A model generated the notes under the pieces. That model had not been told where the DNA came from and did no database searches. It saw only the letters and a list, made by a program, of their open reading frames with translations. A DNA stretch of 64,000 nucleotides from Candidatus Bipolaricaulota bacterium (lineage in GTDB: Bacteria; Bipolaricaulota; Bipolaricaulia; UBA7950; UBA9294): the NCBI GenBank assembly GCA_030606565.1, contig JAUWGE010000005.1, positions 7,777-71,776 of the forward strand, read 5' to 3'. This document shows, one piece after another, positions 32,386-41,072 of the stretch (position 1 is the first letter of the stretch; every line of letters begins with the position of its first letter). Position numbers and translations under genes: made by a program.

Positions 32386-32501
32386 GCAGAACGAGCTGCG
32401 GATCAGCGGTGGATAGAGCGCGAGCTTGCTCGCAACGACAAAGCTCACCTGCTGCTATGGAGAGCAGCGGAATAGCGGTCAGGTGCAGCGATTTGTTAGA
32501 C
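32386..32501 (-). mobile_element. Composite attC: a complete 72-bp attC (32430-32501) fused to the right half of another attC (32386-32436)
   Basis: Minus strand GTCTAACAAATCGCTGCACCTGAC...CAGGTGAGCTTTGTC-GTTGCGA, then GCAAGCTCGC...GCTGATCCGCAGCTC-GTTCTGC. Confidence 0.75.
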
Positions 32502-32571
32502 CGTTCATTCCAGGATCAACAACGATGTTGGCACTGCTGCCCCATTATCCCCTATCCTCGCAGAAGAGCAC

Positions 32572-32763
32572 CTATCGCTTGCCAAGCACTCCCCACAGCA
32601 TTAGGAGACCCAATACGCCAAACCCGACGGCGCGGATAACATGCCCCGTTGAAATACCCTCTACTCGAATCATCCCCAGATAGATCCCGCAGGCTATGAA
32701 GGCCCCTGCAACCAGGATCGAGAAAAACCATCGAGGCGGAGGCTTAATTCTACGCTCGGCCAT
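32572..32763 (-). CDS. Gene cassette: small two-TM membrane protein
   Basis: AAGGAGG RBS; two hydrophobic helices; flanked by attC sites. Confidence 0.7.
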   Translation of the reverse strand: MAERRIKPPPRWFFSILVAGAFIACGIYLGMIRVEGISTGHVIRAVGFGVLGLLMLWGVLGKR

Positions 32764-32795
32764 CAGTCATCCTCCTTTCAGTATGCTTAGTGTCG

Positions 32796-32876
32796 GTCTA
32801 ACGAGCCGCGGATCAGCTGTGGATGGAATGCGAGCTTGCTCGCAACGGAGTCCGTCCGCTGAATCCGCTGATGGAC
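32796..32876 (-). mobile_element. Integron attC site with degenerate R''
   Basis: Minus strand GTCCATCAGCGGATTCAGCGGACGGA...TCCACAGCTGATCCGCGGCTC-GTTAGAC. Confidence 0.7.
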
Positions 32877-32903
32877 GGCGCTTCGCGCCAGACAGCAAGC
32901 GGA

Positions 32904-32964
32904 TTGAAACCCAGGGCTCAATGGAGCGGTCGCTTCGCGACCGCTCCATCAATGATTATTGAGC
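32904..32964 (-). mobile_element. Possible degenerate attC
   Basis: Perfect hairpin ATGGAGCGGTCGC-TTC-GCGACCGCTCCAT; GTTTCAA at attC-like spacing on the minus strand. Confidence 0.4.
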
Positions 32965-33193
32965 ACCTCTGCTTCATAATACGAAAAGCCTTTTGTTCGG
33001 GCAAGTCCTGTGTTCTTACGATTTTCTTTCTCATTTGTTAGTGGATATTGACTGTGAGATCGTTGCATGGCTTGATCTCTCGGGGTCAGCGGGGTCAGGC
33101 TTGCGGAGCAACACAAGAACGATGATCATGGAAGTTAGCTGAGGTGGATGTGTAGGGGGTACGAACGGCCAACGTACCTAGAATCACACTTCG

Positions 33194-33219
33194 AGTTCAA
33201 AACTCGTCCCGTAAGGTGT
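33194..33219 (+). repeat. att-like half-site, solo copy
   Basis: AGTTCAAAACTCGTCCCGTAAGGTGT. Confidence 0.65.
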
Positions 33220-33584
33220 TCCTCAAGGTTCACCGAACACCCACACCCTGCTCACATCCGCTTCATAGACATAGTGTAAATTCTAAGCGGAAGGATACAA
33301 ATACGAGAGCTTTTGTAGCCTGCCTTACGAAGAAGTAGCTGCCGGCCAGTATGTCCAGTAGCCTACATCACCTCCTTGTATACGGCCCTCTTACCTCCAG
33401 GTGAGAGGGCCGGTGCTTTGGATGCAAGTACGCGCTTGACCGCTGTCCGTGTTTCTCGGTAAGCTGGGCACGTATTGACTCTTATTGAAGTACTCAGCGC
33501 AGCCGTACAAATAACCGTCTCTTGAAAATTCTAGGTATAGTGGGGAGAGACCTCAGGTGTACCAGATCCCACGCCCTATCTGAA

Positions 33585-33610
33585 AGTTCAAAACTCGTTC
33601 AATAAGGGGT
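33585..33610 (+). repeat. att-like half-site, solo copy
   Basis: AGTTCAAAACTCGTTCAATAAGGGGT, about 100 bp from the glnA stop. Confidence 0.6.
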
Positions 33611-33707
33611 AAGACAAAGATAAGCTTTCGAAGCACGGCTCTTGAGTGCCTCTTAACAGCTTCTCGTTTTCGTACAACGTGCAACGGAGATTGCGGGCTG
33701 ACTTAAC

Positions 33708-35027
33708 CTAGAGCACAGCAAGGTAGCGCTCGAGTTCATAGCGGTGGACCTGAGAGCGATAGGCGTCCCATTCGATTCTCTTGTTCTGGATAAATTTCTC
33801 GAAGATGTGATCGCCCAACGCTCGGCGAACAAGCGCACTTTTCTCCATGTACGCGATCGCCTCGTTGAGGCTCCCCGGAAGCGCTTGGATGCCCAGCTCA
33901 TCCCGCTCCTTCGGACTCATGGCGTAAACATCCCGCTCCATGGGATCCGCAAGCGAGTAACCGTGTTCAATCCCCTCAAGGCCCGCGTGAAGCATTACTG
34001 CAAAAGCAAGGTAGGGATTACACGCCGGATCCGGCGCCCGGAACTCTATCCGGGTGGCCACCTCCTTGCCGGGCTTGTACATCGGGATGCGAACCATGTT
34101 ACTGCGGTTCCGATACGCCCAGGTAATGTAGACAGGAGCCTCGTAACCGGGGACGAGACGTTTATAAGAGTTGACCCATTGAGCGCAGACTCCGATGATC
34201 TCTTTGGCATGTTTCATGATTCCAGCGATGTATCCCCTAGCAATTGAAGAAAGATATAAAGGGTCTTCACGATCGAAGAAGGCGTTGTGGCCATCTTGGC
34301 GAGCGAGGGACTGGTGGGTGTGCATTCCTGAGCCGTTTTGGCCGAAGAGAGGCTTGGGCATAAACGTGGCATGGATCCCATGGCGCCGTGCGACCTCCTT
34401 GACTACGTAGCGGCAGGTCATGAGGTTGTCGGCCATCTTAAGAGCCCCACAGAAGCGAAGATCAATCTCCTCTTGGCTTGGCGCCACCTCGTGATGGGTG
34501 GCCTCCACACCGATTCCCATCCCTTCGAGGGCAAGTACGGTCTCTCTCCGGATCTCTGAACCAAGGTCTGGTGGCACTAAGTCGAAATACCCAGCTGAAT
34601 CCAAGGGATCAGGAGAAGAATCGGAGCGAAGGTAGAAGTACTCCACTTCCGGTCCCACATCCATTGTAAAACCCTCTTTGTCCGCTCGGGCCAAGGCTCG
34701 CTTGAGAGCCCAGCGTGGATCACCGTCGTACGGGCTTCCGTCTGGCTCGACCACGTCGCAGATCAAACGAGCAACGTTTCCCCAAGGGAGGATGGCAAAG
34801 GTGTCAGGATCGGGCTTGACGATCATGTCGCTTTCGTCAATACGCGCAAACCCGTGGATAGAGGAACCGTCAAAGCCGATCCCCTCGTCCAACGCTTCCC
34901 GCAGTTCTGCCGTCGGAATCTCCACGCTCTTCAGATTGCCCAGAAGATCGCTAAACCAGAGCTGGACGAAACGTATCCCCTTTTCTTGAGCCTCCCGGCA
35001 GACCTTCTCTCTTGAATCTTCCTCCAC
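33708..35027 (-). CDS. glnA: Glutamine synthetase type I
   Basis: FDGSSI, HHEVAPSQ, FMPKP..GQNGSGMH, NSYKRLVPGYEAP, IEFRAPD. Confidence 0.96.
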   Translation of the reverse strand: MEEDSREKVCREAQEKGIRFVQLWFSDLLGNLKSVEIPTAELREALDEGIGFDGSSIHGFARIDESDMIVKPDPDTFAILPWGNVARLICDVVEPDGSPYDGDPRWALKRALARADKEGFTMDVGPEVEYFYLRSDSSPDPLDSAGYFDLVPPDLGSEIRRETVLALEGMGIGVEATHHEVAPSQEEIDLRFCGALKMADNLMTCRYVVKEVARRHGIHATFMPKPLFGQNGSGMHTHQSLARQDGHNAFFDREDPLYLSSIARGYIAGIMKHAKEIIGVCAQWVNSYKRLVPGYEAPVYITWAYRNRSNMVRIPMYKPGKEVATRIEFRAPDPACNPYLAFAVMLHAGLEGIEHGYSLADPMERDVYAMSPKERDELGIQALPGSLNEAIAYMEKSALVRRALGDHIFEKFIQNKRIEWDAYRSQVHRYELERYLAVL

Positions 35028-35175
35028 CGCAACCTCCTTTTACAAGCCAATAGGGGATTGTATCCACCTGCTAGGTACAATCACACCCTCGCCTGACGCA
35101 ACGTTAAGGGATGCAGAACTCTGGCTTACCAACCCCCACTTTAATTATAGAAGCAGCCGATGCAAAGAGCTTTCC

Positions 35176-35203
35176 AATAAAGGGTGACCCGTGAGGGCCA
35201 CCC
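35176..35203 (-). terminator. Intrinsic terminator after the peptidase gene
   Basis: GGGTGACCC-GTGA-GGGCCACCC, followed by TTTATT on the minus strand. Confidence 0.6.
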
Positions 35204-35232
35204 CCATGTGTTACTTTTAACCATCGTAGTTT

Positions 35233-36567
35233 CTAGGGACAGTCTCTGACCCAAACGTGCTCCATGAGCTTCACGGTATCCCAGTCATCCCAACGCTCTC
35301 CACATCCCTTTTTTGGCGGCGAGGGATCCACTATACCAATATAGCGCTTGGTGCCGGTTGGTGTTTGACACCACCTTACTCCGGCAGCCACTCGGGAATG
35401 GCCTTTTATGCTGCTATCGAATGGCCTACCAGCACAGATCTCCGAGGAAAACTCATTCCAATCGTTGGTTGTCCTGTCGTAGTCAGAGCATGCTTTCCCC
35501 AACCCTTTCTTGCTGTCTTTGAAGTACCCCAGCTCGCCAAGCGTGAAGGTTCCGGAAGTACTTGTCCCCATAACAGATGCGATATATGCCTGTGTGTGAT
35601 GCACACCATAGAACGCAGCGATCATCTGCCCCGTAGCAACGGTGCACCAAACGCCCGTTTGCTGACAGAACTGGTTTATCCCACCCGGTGCAGGTATCCC
35701 GCCATTGACAATGCACACTTCACAGCTGGTAAGGTCACCGAACACTTCTTTGGGAATCATCCATTCGTGTACTGTGAACGGTCTCTCCATCAACATCATA
35801 GGCTCGATGCCTGCCTCGCGAAGATGCGCCACAACCATATTCACCCATTCGTTATCTGCTTCCCAGCGGCCGATTCGTTCCGCCCATTCCTCTCGAGGGA
35901 TGCTTTCGTAGAAAGACCAGCTACCGGTGCCGCGAACGTCTGCCTCTGGCTCAACATCAGGAATGATTGTACCGTCTGCTACGTCCATGATGATCCTAGC
36001 TTCTCCGCCTGTTCTGGGATCACGGATTGTCACCAAAACTCCGATTTTGGGGTAGCTGTACACTATTATTTGAAGCGATACAATCTCCCAACCAGGATAT
36101 GCTTCCATTGCGGCTTCTTCCACCCTGGCAGTTGCGTCTTCCATACTCCAAGTTCGAGGTCCCATAATGACCGAGGCAGCGGAAGGCCCCAACACCTTGC
36201 TTGCACTTACCCAGATTCTCCCGACCATAGCACCATTTTCTAGTAGAACGGGGAACGAGTAGAAAAGAGGCTCTCTCGTTATGTCGAAGAGGACGAGAGG
36301 CTCACGAATCATGCCCCCATACCACTCTTCAGTACCCTCACCCCTTATGAGTGATGACGTTTCCCACACTACGGTTTCCATGAAAGCCACTACCGCATGG
36401 GCAGAGGCCAAATCCAAGGGCACATGGTGCTCCTGAGCATTAGCCCCGCCAGAAAGTATCATCCCGAACACAACCAGCAAGAAGGTGATCAACAGGAACT
36501 GCCTAATAGCGGAGCCCTTCGGCACCAACCCTCCGAAGCGAGATCTTCCGAACACTAAGGATGTCAT
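35233..36567 (-). CDS. Exported papain-fold cysteine peptidase (C39-like C-terminal domain)
   Basis: GGAGGTG RBS; signal/TM segment; QQTGVWCTVATGQM (Q..C), AGRP, GHSRV, IVDP. Confidence 0.7.
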   Translation of the reverse strand: MTSLVFGRSRFGGLVPKGSAIRQFLLITFLLVVFGMILSGGANAQEHHVPLDLASAHAVVAFMETVVWETSSLIRGEGTEEWYGGMIREPLVLFDITREPLFYSFPVLLENGAMVGRIWVSASKVLGPSAASVIMGPRTWSMEDATARVEEAAMEAYPGWEIVSLQIIVYSYPKIGVLVTIRDPRTGGEARIIMDVADGTIIPDVEPEADVRGTGSWSFYESIPREEWAERIGRWEADNEWVNMVVAHLREAGIEPMMLMERPFTVHEWMIPKEVFGDLTSCEVCIVNGGIPAPGGINQFCQQTGVWCTVATGQMIAAFYGVHHTQAYIASVMGTSTSGTFTLGELGYFKDSKKGLGKACSDYDRTTNDWNEFSSEICAGRPFDSSIKGHSRVAAGVRWCQTPTGTKRYIGIVDPSPPKKGCGERWDDWDTVKLMEHVWVRDCP

Positions 36568-37206
36568 CCTTCTTCACCTCCTGTTTCTCTCGCGTCACAG
36601 AATGTGACTGTACCGCCTAGTTACTACGGCCAGACAGACTACTCGGCCTAGAATCACCTCCTTTAAAAGGAGCAAATCTAGCTTAAGAGGCGGGGAAAAC
36701 GACCATGGCGACGGAAACAGAAAGGAGCCTCTTCGGTGGCCGACTCCTAAACGCCTGATTCTTCTCCGTCAATCATCGTACTGCCTTTTTCTGCTAAGTC
36801 AAAAATACGACTGAATGTCCAAGAGCCTTTTTGACGGTAAGCTGGTTGCAGCGTGGTCACGCACAACCTATGTACCTCTGCGATGAAGCTCGATCATCTC
36901 CCGGGAAAGCGCAAAAGTCGTCGATGACCGAAAAAGCGCGTAACACAAGAAGTTATTGGTCACTGCTAAGGAAGGACTCACTGGACGAGGATAAGCCAGG
37001 CCAAGATGCAAAAGTTGGGTTTTCTTTTAACTGACCCACCAAAGCAAAAAGGAAGACTCTCGTCTCCCCCTTCGCCTGGAAGCACCGGGTGGTGCTGACT
37101 GTCTCCGATATATAATGGACAATTGGCATACTTGCTGCTATGACATGAGTTAAACTTTTTATGGACTTCGCGCACCTGCGTCAAGGCGTTTATGCAATTA
37201 AAGGTA

Positions 37207-37740
37207 TCATTCCTTCTTCTCTTTTAAATACCGGTCGATCGCTGCGGCGGCGCGTTTACCTGCCCCCATTGCCTCAATCACTGTGGCAGCGCCAGTGACG
37301 ATGTCTCCACTGGCGAAGATCCCTTCTTTGCTCGTCTGACCGGTTTTCGGATCGGCGACTATGTTCCCGCGCTGGCTCAATTTAAGCCCCTTCGTCGTCC
37401 TTGGGACCAATGAATGCGGTCCGTTACCGATGGCAATCACGACCGTATCGGCCTTTATGGTGAACTCGGAGCCAGAGATGGGAACCGGCCGACAGCGTCC
37501 GGACTCATCGGGCTCGCCGAGCTCCATGCGGATACACTCCGCCCCTGCTCCGTCCTTCCCGATGAACCGGATCGGGTTGGTGAGAAGTTGGAACTCGATC
37601 CCCTCCTCCTTGGCGTGCTCCACTTCCTCCTCCCGCGCTGGGAGCTCCTGCTCGCTTCTTCGGTAGACGATGATCGACTCCCTTGCCCCCAACCGGAGCG
37701 CGGTGCGGGCGGAGTCCATGGCTACGTTCCTTTGTACCAA
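37207..37740 (-). pseudogene. N-terminally truncated GltD/SudA/NfnB-like flavoprotein
   Basis: Begins mid-motif at NVAMDSARTALRLGA; YRR, FASGDIVTG, AMGAGKRAA; FeS and FAD N-terminal half absent. Confidence 0.8.
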
Positions 37741-37750
37741 CTATGAAGGT

Positions 37751-40700
37751 TCATATTTTCAGACGCGATAGTTCCTCCTCAATCGCAAGGGCGAGGGAAT
37801 CCGGAGTATCACCAACCCACCAAGGGCCGCCCGTCTCCGGTGCACCTTGCATTGAAGCGGCGACCACGTCACTCACCGTGCCAAGTGTCATCTCCCCCGA
37901 ATCAGCGCCGAGCGCGTTGGCCAGTTCCACGAGGATTCTCCAGTTCTCCATGGCCACAGGACTTTCGACTGCCGCCTTGGAGTGTTTGATCCTTCCATTC
38001 GTGTCGTGCAGCTGCCCGGATGTCTCGAATGGAACCGACATTGGCAATACGACGTGAGCATAGGCAGTCGTTTTGTTCAGTGTAGGGGACATTGCCACGA
38101 CTAGGTCCAACGTGCGCATCTGCTCGGCGAGGACGGGATCGCATGCCGGATCGGCGCCAAAGGAGAAGCACGCGCCGCCTTGAACGAAGAGATCCTCTCT
38201 TTTGTTCCTCCCTTCCCTAAGGAGTGAGCCGCACGCAGGGGCCGCACGCAGGACGGCGATCCGCCAACGGGGTTCCCTCTCCACGAGGTGAGCGAGGGCA
38301 GATACCGTTTCATCAGAGGTCTCTCGTCCCTCTAGGACGAAGAGGGGTGCCGTAGCCGCCACAATCGCCGCCTGCATAGCAGCGACCCGCAGATCCCCAT
38401 TCCCTTCTCCGAGAAGCGCTGTTATCACCTGTGTTGCGGGGAGATCATCGACTACGATATCGGCATCGGGGAGGTCACCCTGCAGGCTGATTATCGTCCC
38501 CCCTGCGCGCTGGGCGACGCGTACTTTGAGATCGATCAAGAACCGTTCATAGTGGGAGCGGGGTCCGACTACCACGATCAGATCGCTCGTCTCAATCGCG
38601 CTAATCGGCGCGACGGCTCCTCGTGGCACGGTAAACGCCCTCCTCGCGAAGGTTCCCTCAACCATAATGTGGTCTGTTTGCAGGACTTCCCCTGCTAGTC
38701 GCGCGATGAGATACCCCTCTTCCTCAGTGATGCGCGGTGCAGCCATGATCCCCACCTTGTTCTTGTCTTGCGGGAGCCTCTCCGCAATAAAGGAAAAGGC
38801 CTCATCCCACGTGGTCGCAACGAGCTCTTCGCCGCGCCGGATGAGGGGGTGTCGCAGGCGGGGCTCTGAGAGGAGCGTCTGCCAACCGTAACGCCCCTTC
38901 GCGCAAAGGATTCCACCATTATCACCCGGAAGCGTTCGTAGGTAATGGCCGTTCAGACTCTGGACCACAACCTCGCAGAGAAGACCGCACAGTGTACAGA
39001 TCGTCTTTTCCTCTCTTATGTGAAGTGGAACTTGTTTCTTCAGGGCCGTGCGGTCTGTCAACGCTCCAGTTGGACAGGCATCGACGCAGGCACCGCAAGA
39101 GACACAATCCGACTCCTGCCACGCGCGGTTGAATGGGGCCTGAACCTCGACATCGATCCCTCGACCGGCAAAATCGATCGCCGAGATCCCGCAAACATCC
39201 GAACAGATGCGCAAGCACCGACCGCAGGAAATGCACTTGCCGAGATCCTGTATGATGAACGGGTGGCGTTCATCTGGGAGCCTATGCATGACCTCGCCGG
39301 CGTATCTTTCCTGCTCTGCGTGGGTCAGGGTTGCGTAGTCGCGCAGGTCGCAATGGTTGAACGCAGAACAACCGCAACCGAGACAACGATCCCCTTCTTT
39401 CATCGCCTCCTCGTCGGTGAAGTTCGTCTCATACTCCTCGAAATCACGGACTCGTTCATCAGGAGGGCGAACATATGTTGGGACGCGCGGCATCTCCTCC
39501 ACATCGCCAATATCGGCGCGGGTAACATCGATCTTCTCATGGTGATAGATGAACTGGGCAGGTCCGACATCCTCACCACGTAGGTATTGTTCGATCGCGT
39601 CCGCGGCGCGGTGACCCGCTCCGATCGCTTCGACCGCGATCGACGGCCCGGTGACAACATCGCCACCGGCGAATACCCCTGCACATTTGGTCAGCCCAGT
39701 CTGTTCGTCAGCGATAATCCTCCCGCCACGGTCAATAGCGATCTCGCTTCCGCTAAGACAGTCGGTCTCCGGCGATTGACCGACAGCAATGATCACCCCT
39801 GCAACAGGGATGACGAACTCGGAGCCCTCAATCGGGATCGGTCTTGCCCGTCCGCTTGTGTCTGGGGCACCAAGCTTCATCCTAGAGCACTTTATTCCGG
39901 TGAGGTCTCCGTTCTCGATGACGAACTCGATCGGTTGAACTAGAAACTGGAAGCTGACCCCTTCTTCCTCTGCCTCTTCGACCTCGCGTGGCAGGGCCGG
40001 CATCTGCTCGCGGCTGCGACGATATACAACCGTTACATCTGATCCAAGGCGCCGAGCGGAACGAGCGGCGTCCATCGCGGTATTTCCGCCACCGATTACC
40101 ACCATCCGTGGCGGGAGTGGCGTCCGCTCTCCCTCGTTCACCCGTCGCAGGAACTCGATCCCTTGCATAACAGAGGAGTGGTCTTCCCCAGGTATTCTGA
40201 GGCCGCGTACACGCCAGGCACCAAGGCCAAGGAAGACCGCGTCAAATTCGCTCTGTAGCTGCACAAGCGTGATCTCCTCTCCTAAGCGCACGTTGTTGCG
40301 GAACTCTATGCCCATCTTCTCCAGCACGGCGAGCTCGCGATCGAGGCCTTTCTGTGCGAGGCGGAAGTCAGGGATCCCGTAGCGCAGCATCCCTCCCATC
40401 TTCGGCATCGCGTCGAAGACCACGGTAGTATGACCGTTACGCCGGAGGAAATAGGCTGCGCTTAATCCCGCTGGTCCACCACCAACGATTGCCACCCGCT
40501 TGCCGGTATCCGTGGCAATCGACGGGATGTAATCGAACTCCTTATCGCCGAGGAAACGTTTGATGTGCCGGATCTGAACCGGCTCTTCCGCGATCTCGCG
40601 CCGACAAGCGTCCTCGCACGGGGCCGGACAGATCCGGCCGAACGCTGCCGGCAACGGTAGTTTCTCGTAGAGGAGGTGTAGTGCCTCTTCGAACAGACCG

Positions 40701-41059
40701 TTAGCCGTCAGACCTGCGTACCCCTGACAGTCCGTATGTGCAGGACAAGCTTGCTGACAGGGAGCGATGCAGTCCCCCCAGTGATTGCTAAGCAGCAGTT
40801 CGAGGGCGGTCCGGCGGATATCTTCGGCCGCCTTGCTATAGGTATGGATAACCATCCCATCGCGAACAGGCGTTGAACAGGACTTGACGACTCCCATTCC
40901 CTCTACATCGACGACGCACACACCACAGGAGTCGTATGGAGCAAGACGTTCCTCAGCGCAAAGAGCGGGGATCTCTATACCTTCGCGCCGAGCAAGAACA
41001 AGGATCGTCTCCCCCTCGACTGCGGAGACCTTTTTCTCATTTATTGTGACTGAAAGCAT
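37751..41059 (-). CDS. Multidomain FeS/FAD oxidoreductase: 2Fe-2S, GltD-like NAD(P)H module, 4Fe-4S, degenerate molybdopterin-type domain
   Basis: CGVCVV..SC; APCQQACP; GRICPAPCEDACRR; GGGPAG; GGGNTAMD; CISCGRC; CVSCGAC; CTLCGLLC..LCAKGRYG. Confidence 0.88.
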   Translation of the reverse strand: MLSVTINEKKVSAVEGETILVLARREGIEIPALCAEERLAPYDSCGVCVVDVEGMGVVKSCSTPVRDGMVIHTYSKAAEDIRRTALELLLSNHWGDCIAPCQQACPAHTDCQGYAGLTANGLFEEALHLLYEKLPLPAAFGRICPAPCEDACRREIAEEPVQIRHIKRFLGDKEFDYIPSIATDTGKRVAIVGGGPAGLSAAYFLRRNGHTTVVFDAMPKMGGMLRYGIPDFRLAQKGLDRELAVLEKMGIEFRNNVRLGEEITLVQLQSEFDAVFLGLGAWRVRGLRIPGEDHSSVMQGIEFLRRVNEGERTPLPPRMVVIGGGNTAMDAARSARRLGSDVTVVYRRSREQMPALPREVEEAEEEGVSFQFLVQPIEFVIENGDLTGIKCSRMKLGAPDTSGRARPIPIEGSEFVIPVAGVIIAVGQSPETDCLSGSEIAIDRGGRIIADEQTGLTKCAGVFAGGDVVTGPSIAVEAIGAGHRAADAIEQYLRGEDVGPAQFIYHHEKIDVTRADIGDVEEMPRVPTYVRPPDERVRDFEEYETNFTDEEAMKEGDRCLGCGCSAFNHCDLRDYATLTHAEQERYAGEVMHRLPDERHPFIIQDLGKCISCGRCLRICSDVCGISAIDFAGRGIDVEVQAPFNRAWQESDCVSCGACVDACPTGALTDRTALKKQVPLHIREEKTICTLCGLLCEVVVQSLNGHYLRTLPGDNGGILCAKGRYGWQTLLSEPRLRHPLIRRGEELVATTWDEAFSFIAERLPQDKNKVGIMAAPRITEEEGYLIARLAGEVLQTDHIMVEGTFARRAFTVPRGAVAPISAIETSDLIVVVGPRSHYERFLIDLKVRVAQRAGGTIISLQGDLPDADIVVDDLPATQVITALLGEGNGDLRVAAMQAAIVAATAPLFVLEGRETSDETVSALAHLVEREPRWRIAVLRAAPACGSLLREGRNKREDLFVQGGACFSFGADPACDPVLAEQMRTLDLVVAMSPTLNKTTAYAHVVLPMSVPFETSGQLHDTNGRIKHSKAAVESPVAMENWRILVELANALGADSGEMTLGTVSDVVAASMQGAPETGGPWWVGDTPDSLALAIEEELSRLKI

Positions 41060-41072
41060 CCCATCCCCTTTT

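Noticed and set aside
32980..33110. attI site or integrase remnant upstream of the cassettes
   Set aside because: AAC/GTT-like cores and a GGGGTCAG repeat are present, but there is no convincing attI structure or IntI coding trace
33191..33215. tRNA fragment (CGAG-TTCAAAA-CTCG, T-arm-like)
   Set aside because: No acceptor, D or anticodon arms; treated as part of the half-site family
27446..33591. 13-bp direct repeat TCTGAAAGTTCAA (27446 and 33579) as island attL/attR
   Set aside because: Short; the left copy lies inside a decayed gene and diverges from the half-site consensus afterwards, so it may be chance
35257..36243. 328-aa plus-strand ORF
   Set aside because: Antisense shadow of the C39-like peptidase
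36978..37184. 68-aa ORF downstream of the gltD remnant
   Set aside because: No clear RBS or recognisable family
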